A program made the translations under genes and the position numbers. The notes under the pieces are model-generated. The model did no database searches and was not told where the DNA came from. It was given only the letters and a program-made list of their open reading frames with translations. From Paragordius varius (taxonomy: Eukaryota; Animalia; Nematomorpha): DNA of 64,000 bases. Below are positions 24,843 through 38,785 of this stretch, piece after piece (the first letter of the stretch is position 1; the number at the start of each line of letters is the position of its first letter). The stretch is taken from the NCBI GenBank assembly GCA_964247055.1, contig OZ176051.1, forward strand, positions 558,001 to 622,000, given 5' to 3'.

Positions 24843-27800
24843 AAACTTTGTCCTTAAAAATCGGATATTGGTCACCGGTGAACAAAACAATTTTTTATAC
24901 ATTCTCTTGGTAAGACTACATCAAAATATAGAAATAGTTTGACAAACTCTTTCATATCCGATTTTTACAACGATACTTTAAAAATTATGGTATTAAACCA
25001 GTCGCATCCATACTCAAGTTAAACTTTGTCCTTAAATCGGATATTGGTCACCGGTGAACAAAATTATTTTTTATACATTCTCTTAGTAAGACTACATCAA
25101 AATATAGAGATAGTTTGACAAACTCTTTCATATCCAATTTTTACAACGATACTTTAAAAATTATGGTATTAAACCAGTCGCATCAATACTCAAGTTAAAC
25201 TTTGTCCTGAAAAATCGGATATTGGTCACCGGTGAACAAAATTAATTTATATACATTCTCTTAGTAAGACTACATCAAAATATAGAGATAGTTTGACAAA
25301 CTCTTTCATATCCGATTTTTACAACGATACTTTAAAAATTAATGTTTAAAACTAGTCGCATCAATACTCAAGCATTGTCCTTAAAAATCGGATATTGGTC
25401 ACCGGTGAACAAAACTATTTTTTATACATTCTCTTAGTAAGACTACATCAAAATATAGAGATAGTTTGACAAACTCTTTCATATCCGATTTTTACAACGA
25501 TATTTAAAAATTAATGTATAAAACTAGTCGTATCAATAAATCGCATACACACTCAAGTTAAACTTTGTCCTTAAAAATCGCATATTGGTCACCGATGAAC
25601 AAAATTATTTTTTATACATTCTCTTAGTAAGACTACATCAAAATATAGAGATAGTTTGACAAACTCTTTCATATCCGATTTTTACAACGATACTTTAAAA
25701 ATTATGGTATTAAACCAGTCGCATCCATACTCAAGTTAAACTTTGTCCTTAAATCGGATATTGGTCACCGGTGAACAAAATTATTTTTTATTCATTCTCT
25801 TAGTAAGACTACATCAAAATATAGAGATAGTTTGACAAACTCTTTCATATCCAATTTTTACAACGATACTTTAAAAATTATGGTATTAAACCAGTCGCAT
25901 CAATACTCAAGTTAAACTTTGTCCTGAAAAATCGGATATTGGTCACCGGTGAACAAATTTAATTTATATACATTCTCTTAGTAAGACTACATCAAAATAT
26001 AGAGATAGTTTGACAAACTCTTTCATATCCGATTTTTACAACGATACTTTAAAAATTAATGTGTTAAACTAGTCGCATCAATACTCAAGTTAAACTTTGT
26101 CCTTAAAAATCGGATATTGGTCACCGGTGAACAAAATTATTTTTTATACATTCTCTTAGTAAGACTACATCAAAATATAGAGATAGTTTGACAAACTCTA
26201 TCCGATTTTTACAACGATACTTTAAAAATTATGGTATTAAACCAGTCGCATCAATACTCAAGTTAAACTTTGTCCTTAAAAATCGGATATTGGTCACCGG
26301 TGAACAAAATTATTTTTTATACATTCTCTTAGTAAGACTACATCAAAATATAGAAATAGTTTGACAAATTCTTTCATATCCGATTTTTACAACAATACTT
26401 TAAAAATTAATGTATTAAACTAGTCGCATCAATACTCAACTTAAACTTTGTCCTTAAAAATCGGATATTGGTCACCGGTGAACAAAATTATTTTTTATAC
26501 ATTCTCTTAGTAGGACTACATCAAAATATAGAGATAGTTTGGCAAACTCTTTCATATCCGATTTTTACAACGATACTTGAAAAATTAATGTTTAAAACTA
26601 GTCGCATCAATACTCAAGTTAAATTTTGTCCTTAAAAATCAGATATTGCTCACCGGTGAACAAAATTATTTTTTATACATTCTCTTAGTAAGACTACATC
26701 AAAATATAGAGATAGTTTGACAAACTTTTTCATATCCGATTTTTACAACGATACTTTAAAAATTAATGTATAAAACTAGTCGTATCAATAAATCGCATCA
26801 CTACTCAAGTTAAACCTTGTCCTTAAAAATCGGATATTGATCACCGGTGAACAAAATTATTTTTTATACGTTCTCTTAGTAGGACTACATCAAAATATAG
26901 AGATAGTTTGGCAAACTCTTTCATATCCGATTTTTACAACGATACTTTAAAAATTAATGTATAAAACTAGTCGCATCAATACTCAAGTTAAACTTTTTCC
27001 TTAAAAATCGAATATTGGTCACCGGTGAACAAAATTATTTTTTATACATTCTCTTAGTAGGACTACATCAAAATATAGAGATAGTTTGGCAAACTCTTTC
27101 ATATCCGATTTTTACAACGATACTTTAAAAATTAATGTATAAAACTAGTCGCATCAATACTCAAGTTAAACTTTGTCCTTAAAAATCAGATATTGCTGAC
27201 AGGTGAACAAAATTATTTTTTATACATTCTCTTAGTAAGACTATATCAAAATATAGAAATAGTTTGACAAACTCTTTCATATCCGATTTTTACAACGATA
27301 CTTTAAAAATTAATGTATAAAACTAGTCGTATCAATAAATCGCATCACTACTCAAGTTAAACCTTGTCCTTAAAAATCGGATATTGATCACCGGTGAACA
27401 AAATTATTTTTTATACGTTCTCTTAGTAGGACTACATCAAAATATAGAGATAGTTTGGCTACAACGATACTTTAAAAATTAATGTATAAAACTAGTCGCA
27501 TCAATACTCAAGTTAAACTTTGTCCTTAAAAATCAGATATTGCTGACAGGTGAACAAAATTATTTTTTATACATTCTCTTTGTAAGACTATATCAAAATA
27601 TAGAAATAGTTTGACAAACTTTTTCATATCCGATTTTTACAACGATACTTTAAAAATTAATGTATAAAACTAGTCGTATCAATAAATCGCATCACTACTC
27701 AAGTTAAACCTTGTCCTTAAAAATCGGATATTGATCACCGGTGAACAAAATTATTTTTTATACGTTCTCTTAGTAGGACTACATCAAAATATAGAGATAG

Positions 27801-28417
27801 TTTGGCAAACTCTTTCATATCCGATTTTTACAACGATACTTTAAAAATTAATGTATAAAACTAGTCGCATCAATACTCAAGTTAAACTTTTTCCTTAAAA
27901 ATCGAATATTGGTCACCGGTGAACAAAATTATTTTTTATACATTCTCTTAGTAGGACTACATCAAAATATAGAGATAGTTTGGCAAACTCTTTCATATCC
28001 GATTTTTACAACGATACTTTAAAAATTAATGTATAAAACTAGTCGCATCAATACTCAAGTTAAACTTTGTCCTTAAAAATCAGATATTGCTGACAGGTGA
28101 ACAAAATTATTTTTTATACATTCTCTTAGTAAGACTATATCAAAATATAGAAATAGTTTGACAAACTCTTTCATATCCGATTTTTACAACGATACTTTAA
28201 AAATTAATGTGTTAAACTAGTCGCATCAATACTCAAGTTAAACTTTGTCCTTAAAAATCGGATATTGGTCACCGGTGAACAAAACAATTTTTTATACACT
28301 CTCTTAGTAAGACTACATCAAAATATAGCGATGGCTTGACAAACTCTTTCATATCCGATTTTTACAACGATACTTTAAAAATTATGGTATTAAACCAGTC
28401 GCATCAATACTCAAGTT

Positions 28418-30365
28418 AAACTTTGTCCTTAAAAATCGGATATTGGTCACCGGTGAACAAAACAATTTTTTATACATTCTCTTAGTAAGACTACATCAAA
28501 ATATAGAGATAGTTTGGCAAACTCTTTCATATCCGATTTTTACAACGATACTTTAAAAATTAATGTATAAAACTAGTCGCATCAATACTCAAGTTAAACT
28601 TTTTCCTTAAAAATCGAATATTGGTCACCGGTGAACAAAATTATTTTTCATTCTCTTAGTAGGACTACATCAAAATATAGAGATAGTTTGGCAAACTCTT
28701 TCATATCCGATTTTTACAACGATACTTTAAAAATTAATGTATAAAACTAGTCGCATCAATACTCAAGTTAAACTTTGTCCTTAAAAATCAGATATTGCTG
28801 ACAGGTGAACAAAATTATTTTTTATACATTCTCTTAGTAAGACTATATCAAAATATAGAAATAGTTTGACAAACTCTTTCATATCCGATTTTTACAATGA
28901 TACTTTAAAAATTAATGTGTTAAACTAGTCGCATCAATACTCAAGTTAAACTTTGTCCTTAAAAATCGGATATTGGTCACCGGTGAACAAAACAATTTTT
29001 TATACACTCTCTTAGTAAGACTACATCAAAATATAGCGATGGCTTGACAAACTCTTTCATATCCGATTTTTACAACGATACTTTAAAAATTATGGTATTA
29101 AACCAGTCGCATCAATACTCAAGTTAAACTTTGTCCTTAAAAATCGGATATTCGTCACCGGTGAACAAAATTATTTTTTATACATTCTCTTAGTAAGACT
29201 ACATCAAAATATAGAGATAGTTTGACAAACTCTTTCATATCCGATTTTTACAACGATACTTTAAAAATTATGGTATTAAACCAGTCGCATCAATACTCAA
29301 GTTAAACTTTGTCCTTAAAAATCGGATATTGGTCACCGGTGAACAAAACAATTTTTTATACATTCTCTTAGTAAGACTACATCAAAATATAGCGATGGCT
29401 TGACAAACTCTTTCATATCCGATTTTTACAACGATACTTTAAAAATTATGGTATTAAACCAGTCGCATCAATACTCAAGTTAAACTTTGTCCTTAAAAAT
29501 CGGATATTGGTCACCGGTGAACAAAACAATTTTTTATACATTCTCTTAGTAAGACTACATCAAAATATAGAGATAGTTTGGCAAACTCTTTCATATCCGA
29601 TTTTTACAACGATACTTTAAAAATTAATGTATAAAACTAGTCGCATCAATACTCAAGTTAAACTTTTTCCTTAAAAATCGAATATTGGTCACCGGTGAAC
29701 AAAATTATTTTTCATTCTCTTAGTAGGACTACATCAAAATATAGAGATAGTTTGGCAAACTCTTTCATATCCGATTTTTACAACGATACTTTAAAAATTA
29801 ATGTATAAAACTAGTCGCATCAATACTCAAGTTAAACTTTGTCCTTAAAAATCAGATATTGCTGACAGGTGAACAAAATTATTTTTTATACATTCTCTTA
29901 GTAAGACTATATCAAAATATAGAAATAGTTTGACAAACTCTTTCATATCCGATTTTTACAACGATACTTTAAAAATTAATGTGTTAAACTAGTCGCATCA
30001 ATACTCAAGTTAAACTTTGTCCTTAAAAATCGGATATTGGTCACCGGTGAACAAAACAATTTTTTATACACTCTCTTAGTAAGACTACATCAAAATATAG
30101 CGATGGCTTGACAAACTCTTTCATATCCGATTTTTACAACGATACTTTAAAAATTATGGTATTAAACCAGTCGCATCAATACTCAAGTTAAACTTTCCTT
30201 AAAAATCGGATATTCGTCACCGGTGAACAAAATTATTTTTTATACATTCTCTTAGTAAGACTACATCAAAATATAGAGATAGTTTGACAAACTCTTTCAT
30301 ATCCGATTTTTACAACGATACTTTAAAAATTATGGTATTAAACCAGTCGCATCAATACTCAAGTT
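28418..30365. repeat. 6-mer HOR, period 1064 bp, specific to the second copy of the large duplication
   Basis: A 4-bp deletion (ttatttttcattc) at 28649 and 29713 is absent from the paralogous monomer at 17650; 1064 = 6x178 - 4. Confidence 0.88.
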
Positions 30366-31967
30366 AAACTTTGTCCTTAAAAATCGGATATTGGTCACCG
30401 GTGAACAAAACAATTTTTTATACATTCTCTTAGTAAGACTACATCAAAATAAAGCGATAGCTTGACAAACTCTTTCATATCCGATTTTTACAACGATACT
30501 TTAAAAATTATGGTATTAAACCAGTCGCATCAATACTCAAGTTAAACTTTGTCCTGAAAAATCGGATATTGGTCACCGGTGAACAAAATTAATTTATATA
30601 CATTCTCTTAGTAAGACTACATCAAAATATAGAGATAGTTTGACAAACTCTTTCATATCCGATTTTTACAACGATACTTTAAAAATTAATGTTTAAAACT
30701 AGTCGCATCAATACTCAAGCTAAACATTGTCCTTAAAAATCGGATATTGGTCACCGGTGAACAAAACTATTTTTTATACATTCTCTTAGTAAGACTACAT
30801 CAAAATATAGAGATAGTTTGACAAACTCTTTCATATCCGATTTTTACAACGATACTTTAAAAATTAATGTTTAAAACTAGTCGCATCAATACTCAAGCTA
30901 AACATTGTCCTTAAAATTCGGATATTGGTCACCGGTGAACAAAACTATTTTTTATACATTCTCTTAGTAAGACTACATCAAAATATAGAGATAGTTTGAC
31001 AAACTCTTTCATATCCGATTTTTACAACGATACTTTAAAAATTATGGTATTAAACCAGTCGCATCAATACTCAAGTTAAACTTTGTCCTTAAAAATCGGA
31101 TATTGGTCACCGGTGAACAAAACAATTTTTTATACATTCTCTTAGTAAGACTACATCAAAATAAAGCGATAGCTTGACAAACTCTTTCATATCCGATTTT
31201 TACAACGATACTTTAAAAATTATGGTATTAAACCTGTCGCATCAATACTCAAGTTAAACTTTGTCCTTAAAAATCAGATATTGATCACCGGTGAACTAAA
31301 TAATTTTTTATACATTCTCTTAGTAAGACTACATATAAAAATATAGAGATAGTTTGACAAACTCTTTCATATCCGATTTTTACAACGATACTTTAAAAAT
31401 TAATGTGTTAAACTAGTCGCATCAATACTCAAGTTAAACTTTGTCCTTAAAAATCGGATATTGGTCACCGGTGAACAAAATAATTTTTTATACATTCTCT
31501 TAGTAAGACTACATCAAAATATAGCGATGGCTTGACAAACTCTTTCATATCCGATTTTTACAACGATACTTTAAAAATTATGGTATTAAACCAGTCGCAT
31601 CAATACTCAAGTTAAACTTTGTCCTTAAAAATCGGATATTGGTCACCGGTGAACAAAACAATTTTTTATACATTCTCTTGGTAAGACTACATCAAAATAT
31701 AGAAATAGTTTGACAAACTCTTTCATATCCGATTTTTACAACGATACTTTAAAAATTATGGTATTAAACCAGTCGCATCCATACTCAAGTTAAACTTTGT
31801 CCTTAAATCGGATATTGGTCACCGGTGAACAAAATTATTTTTTATACATTCTCTTAGTAAGACTACATCAAAATATAGAGATAGTTTGACAAACTCTTTC
31901 ATATCCAATTTTTACAACGATACTTTAAAAATTATGGTAATAAACCAGTCGCATCAATACTCAAGTT

Positions 31968-34900
31968 AAACTTTGTCCTTAAAAATCGGATATTGGTCAC
32001 CGGTGAACAAAACTATTTTTTATACATTCTCTTAGTAAGACTACATCAAAATATAGAGATAGTTTGACAAACTATTTCATATCCGATTTTTACAACGATA
32101 CTTTAAAAATTAATGTATTAAACTAGTCGCATCAATACTCAAGCTAAAACTTTGTCCTTAAAAATCGGATATTGGTCACCGGTGAACAAAATTATTTTTT
32201 ATACATTCTCTTAGTAAGACTACATCAAAATATAGAGATAGTTTGACAAACTCTTTCATATCAGATTTTTACAACGATACTTTAAAAATTATGGTATTAA
32301 ACCAGTCGCATCAATACTCAAGTTAAACTTTGTCCTTAAAAATCGGATATTCGTCACCAGTGAACAAAATTATTTTTTATACATTCTCTTAGTAAGACTA
32401 CATCAAAATATAGAGATAGTTTGACAAACTCTTTCATATCCGATTTTTACAACGATACTTTAAAAATTATGGTATTAAACCAGTCGCATCAATACTCAAG
32501 TTAAACTTTGTCCTTAAAAATCGGATATTGGTCACCGGTGAACAAAACGATTTTTTATACATTCTCTTAGTAAGACTACATCAAAATTTAGCGATAGCTT
32601 GACAAACTCTTTCATATCCGATTTTTACAACGATACTTTAAAAATTATGGTATTAAACCAGTCGCATCAATACTCAAGTTAAACTTTGTCCTGAAAAATC
32701 GGATATTGGTCACCGGTGAACAAAATTAATTTATATACATTCTCTTAGTAAGACTACATCAAAATATAGAGATAGTTTGACAAACTCTTTCATATCCGAT
32801 TTTTACAACGATACTTTAAAAATTAATGTTTAAAACTAGTCGCATCAATACTCAAGCTAAACATTGTCCTTAAAAATCGGATATTGGTCACCGGTGAACA
32901 AAACTATTTTTTATACATTCTCTTAGTAAGACTACATCAAAATATAGAGATAGTTTGACAAACTCTTTCATATCCGATTTTTACAACGATACTTTAAAAA
33001 TTAATGTTTAAAACTAGTCGCATCAATACTCAAGCTAAACATTGTCCTTAAAATTCGGATATTGGTCACCGGTGAACAAAACTATTTTTTATACATTCTC
33101 TTAGTAAGACTACATCAAAATATAGAGATAGTTTGACAAACTCTTTCATATCCGATTTTTACAACGATATTTAATAATTAATGTATAAAACTAGTCGTAT
33201 CAATAAATCGCATACACACTCAAGTTAAACTTTGTCCTTAAAAATCGCATATTGGTCACCGATGAACAAAATTATTTTTTATACATTCTCTTAGTAAGAC
33301 TACATCAAAATATAGAGATAGTTTGACAAACTCTTTCATATCCGATTTTTACAACGATACTTTAAAAATTAATGTGTTAAACTAGTCGCATCAATACTCA
33401 AGTTAAACTTTGTCCTTAAAAATCGGATATTGGTCACCGGTGAACAAAATAATTTTTTATACATTCTCTTAGTAAGACTACATCAAAATATAGCGATAGC
33501 TTGACAAACTCTTTCATATCCGATTTTTACAACGATACTTTAAAAATTATGGTATTAAACCAGTGGCATCAATACTCAAGTTAAACTTTGTCCTTAAAAA
33601 TCGGATATTGGTCACCGGTGAACAAAACAATTTTTTATACATTCTCTTAGTAAGACTACATCAAAATATAGGGATAGTTTGACAAACTCTTTCATATCCA
33701 ATTTTTACAACGATACTTTAAAAATTATGGTATTAAACCAGTCGCATCAATACTCAAGTTAAACTTTGTCCTGAAAAATCGGATATTGGTCACCGGTGAA
33801 CAAAATTAATTTATATACATTGTCTTAGTAAGACTACATCAAAATATAGAGATAGTTTGACAAACTCTTTCATATCCGATTTTTACAACGATACTTTAAA
33901 ATTAATGTTTAAAACTAGTCGCATCAATACTCAAGCTAAACATTGTCCTTAAAAATCGGATATTGGTCACCGGTGAACAAAACTATTTTTTATACATTCT
34001 CTTAGTAAGATTACATCAAAATATAGAGATAGTTTAACTCTTTCATATCCGATTTTTACAACGATATTTAAAAATTAATGTATAAAACTAGTCGTATCAA
34101 TAAATCGCATACACACTCAAGTTAAACTTTGTCCTTAAAAATCGCATATTGGTCACCGATGAACAAAATTATTTTTTATACATTCTCTTAGTAAGACTAC
34201 ATCAAAATATAGAGATAGTTTGACAAACTATTTCATATCCGATTTTTACAACGATACTTTAAAAATTAATGTATTAAACTAGTCGCATCAATACTCAAGC
34301 TAAAACTTTGTCCTTAAAAATCGCATATTGGTCACCGATGAACAAAATTATTTTTTATACATTCTCTTAGTAAGACTACACCAAAATATAGAGATAGTTT
34401 GACAAACTCTTTCATATCCAATTTTTACAACGATACTTTAAAAATTATGGTATTAAACCAGTCGCATCAATACTCAAGTTAAACTTTGTCCTTAAAAATC
34501 GGATATTGGTCACCGGTGAACAAAACTATTTTTTATACATTCTCTTAGTAAGACTACATCAAAATATAGAGATAGTTTGACAAACTATTTCATATCCGAT
34601 TTTTACAACGATACTTTAAAAATTAATGTATTAAACTAGTCGCATCAATACTCAAGCTAAAACTTTGTCCTTAAAAATCGGATATTGGTCACCGGTGAAC
34701 AAAATTATTTTTTATACATTCTCTTAGTAAGACTACATCAAAATATAGAGATAGTTTGACAAACTCTTTCATATCAGATTTTTACAACGATACTTTAAAA
34801 ATTATGGTATTAAACCAGTCGCATCAATACTCAAGTTAAACTTTGTCCTTAAAAATCGGATATTCGTCACCAGTGAACAAAATTATTTTTTATACATTAT

Positions 34901-37900
34901 CTTAGTAAGACTACATCAAAATATAGAGATAGTTTGACAAACTCTTTCATATCCGATTTTTACAACGATACTTTAAAAATTATGGTATTAAACCAGTCGC
35001 ATCAATACTCAAGTTAAACTTTGTCCTTAAAAATCGGATATTGGTCACCGGTGAACAAAACGATTTTTTATACATTCTCTTAGTAAGACTACATCAAAAT
35101 ATAGCGATAGCTTGACAAACTCTTTCATATCCGATTTTTACAACGATACTTTAAAAATTATGGTATTAAACCAGTCGCATCAATACTCAAGTTAAACTTT
35201 GTCCTGAAAAATCGGATATTGGTCACCGGTGAACAAAATTAATTTATATACATTCTCTTAGTAAGACTACATCAAAATATAGAGATAGTTTGACAAACTC
35301 TTTCATATCCGATTTTTACAACGATACTTTAAAAATTAATGTTTAAAACTAGTCGCATCAATACTCAAGCTAAACATTGTCCTTAAAAATCGGATATTGG
35401 TCACCGGTGAACAAAACTATTTTTTATACATTCTCTTAGTAAGACTACATCAAAATATAGAGATAGTTTGACAAACTCTTTCATATCCGATTTTTACAAC
35501 GATACTTTAAAAATTAATGTTTAAAACTAGTCGCATCAATACTCAAGCTAAACATTGTCCTTAAAATTCGGATATTGGTCACCGGTGAACAAAACTATTT
35601 TTTATACATTCTCTTAGTAAGACTACATCAAAATATAGAGATAGTTTGACAAACTCTTTCATATCCGATTTTTACAACGATATTTAATAATTAATGTATA
35701 AAACTAGTCGTATCAATAAATCGCATACACACTCAAGTTAAACTTTGTCCTTAAAAATCGCATATTGGTCACCGATGAACAAAATTATTTTTTATACATT
35801 CTCTTAGTAAGACTACATCAAAATATAGAGATAGTTTGACAAACTCTTTCATATCCGATTTTTACAACGATACTTTAAAAATTAATGTGTTAAACTAGTC
35901 GCATCAATACTCAAGTTAAACTTTGTCCTTAAAAATCGGATATTGGTCACCGGTGAACAAAATAATTTTTTATACATTCTCTTAGTAAGACTACATCAAA
36001 ATATAGCGATAGCTTGACAAACTCTTTCATATCCGATTTTTACAACGATACTTTAAAAATTATGGTATTAAACCAGTGGCATCAATACTCAAGTTAAACT
36101 TTGTCCTTAAAAATCGGATATTGGTCACCGGTGAACAAAACAATTTTTTATACATTCTCTTAGTAAGACTACATCAAAATATAGGGATAGTTTGACAAAC
36201 TCTTTCATATCCAATTTTTACAACGATACTTTAAAAATTATGGTATTAAACCAGTCGCATCAATACTCAAGTTAAACTTTGTCCTGAAAAATCGGATATT
36301 GGTCACCGGTGAACAAAATTATTTTTTATACATTCTCTTAGTAAGACTACACCAAAATATAGAGATAGTTTGACAAACTCTTTCATATCCGATTTTTACA
36401 ACGATACTTTAAAAATTAATGTGTTAAACTAGTCGCATCAATACTCAAGTTAAACTTTGTCCTTAAAAATCGGATATTGGTCACCGGTGAACAAAACTAT
36501 TTTTTATACATTCTCTTAGTAAGACTACATCAAAATATAGAGATAGTTTGACAAACTATTTCATATCCGATTTTTACAACGATACTTTAAAAATTAATGT
36601 ATTAAACTAGTCGCATCAATACTCAAGCTAAAACTTTGTCCTTAAAAATCGGATATTGGTCACCGGTGAACAAAATTATTTTTTATACATTCTCTTAGTA
36701 AGACTACATCAAAATATAGAGATAGTTTGACAAACTCTTTCATATCAGATTTTTACAACGATACTTTAAAAATTATGGTATTAAACCAGTCGCATCAATA
36801 CTCAAGTTAAACTTTGTCCTTAAAAATCGGATATTCGTCACCAGTGAACAAAATTATTTTTTATACATTCTCTTACTAAGACTACATCAAAATATAGAGA
36901 TAGTTTGACAAACTCTTTCATATCCGATTTTTACAACGATACTTTAAAAATTATGGTATTAAACCAGTCGCATCAATACTCAAGTTAAACTTTGTCCTTA
37001 AAAATCGGATATTGGTCACCGGTGAACAAAACGATTTTTTATACATTCTCTTAGTAAGACTACATCAAAATATAGCGATAGCTTGACAAACTCTTTCATA
37101 TCCGATTTTTACAACGATACTTTAAAAATTATGGTATTAAACCAGTCGCATCAATACTCAAGTTAAACTTTGTCCTGAAAAATCGGATATTGGTCACCGG
37201 TGAACAAAATTAATTTATATACATTCTCTTAGTAAGACTACATCAAAATATAGAGATAGTTTGACAAACTCTTTCATATCCGATTTTTACAACGATACTT
37301 TAAAAATTAATGTTTAAAACTAGTCGCATCAATACTCAAGCTAAACATTGTCCTTAAAAATCGGATATTGGTCACCGGTGAACAAAACTATTTTTTATAC
37401 ATTCTCTTAGTAAGACTACATCAAAATATAGAGATAGTTTGACAAACTCTTTCATATCCGATTTTTACAACGATACTTTAAAAATTAATGTTTAAAACTA
37501 GTCGCATCAATACTCAAGCTAAACATTGTCCTTAAAATTCGGATATTGGTCACCGGTGAACAAAACTATTTTTTATACATTCTCTTAGTAAGACTACATC
37601 AAAATATAGAGATAGTTTGACAAACTCTTTCATATCCGATTTTTACAACGATATTTAATAATTAATGTATAAAACTAGTCGTATCAATAAATCGCATACA
37701 CACTCAAGTTAAACTTTGTCCTTAAAAATCGCATATTGGTCACCGATGAACAAAATTATTTTTTATACATTCTCTTAGTAAGACTACATCAAAATATAGA
37801 GATAGTTTGACAAACTCTTTCATATCCGATTTTTACAACGATACTTTAAAAATTAATGTGTTAAACTAGTCGCATCAATACTCAAGTTAAACTTTGTCCT

Positions 37901-38785
37901 TAAAAATCGGATATTGGTCACCGGTGAACAAAATAATTTTTTATACATTCTCTTAGTAAGACTACATCAAAATATAGCGATAGCTTGACAAACTCTTTCA
38001 TATCCGATTTTTACAACGATACTTTAAAAATTATGGTATTAAACCAGTCGCATCAGTACTCAAGTTAAACTTTGTCCTTAAAAATCGGATATTGGTCACC
38101 GGTGAACAAAACAATTTTTTATACATTCTCTTAGTAAGACTACATCAAAATATAGGGATAGTTTGACAAACTCTTTCATATCCAATTTTTACAACGATAC
38201 TTTAAAAATTATGGTATTAAACCAGTCGCATCAATACTCAAGTTAAACTTTGTCCTGAAAAATCGGATATTGGTCACCGGTGAACAAAATTAATTTATAT
38301 ACATTGTCTTAGTAAGACTACATCAAAATATAGAGATAGTTTGACAAACTCTTTCATATCCGATTTTTACAACGATATTTTAAAATTAATGTTTAAAACT
38401 AGTCGCATCAATACTCAAGCTAAACATTGTCCTTAAAAATCGGATATTGGTCACCGGTGAACAAAACTATTTTTTATACATTCTCTTAGTAAGATTACAT
38501 CAAAATATAGAGATAGTTTAACTCTTTCATATCCGATTTTTACAACGATATTTAAAAATTAATGTATAAAACTAGTCGTATCAATAAATCGCATACACAC
38601 TCAACTTAAACTTTGTCCTTAAAAATCGCATATTGGTCACCGATGAACAAAATTATTTTTTATACATTCTCTTAGTAAGACTACATCAAAATATAGAGAT
38701 AGTTTGACAAACTCTTTCATATCCGATTTTTACAACGATACTTTAAAAATTATGGTATTAAACCAGTCGCATCAATACTCAAGTT
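31968..38785. repeat. HOR block: 14-mer (2513 bp), then 11-mer deletion derivative (1971 bp), then third ~13-mer copy
   Basis: caaaacga 32549/35062/37033; gatatttaataatt 33175/35688/37659; gggatag 33672/36185/38156; tttaactct deletion 34036/38520 (4484 = 2513 + 1971). Confidence 0.92.

Larger units (their letters stand above)
9800..31000. repeat. Large tandem block duplication: ~9.8-19.0 kb copied at ~19.7-31.0 kb (initial period 9884 bp, ~55 monomers)
   Basis: Rare markers recur at consistent offsets: gtgctt 9921/19805, tcaatagatcg 10969/20853, gcaagagtac 11967/21851 (all 9884); agcattg 14051/25371 (11320); 22-bp deletion 16145/27460 (11315). Offset changes are explained by internal gains and losses of whole monomers. 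Confidence 0.92.
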
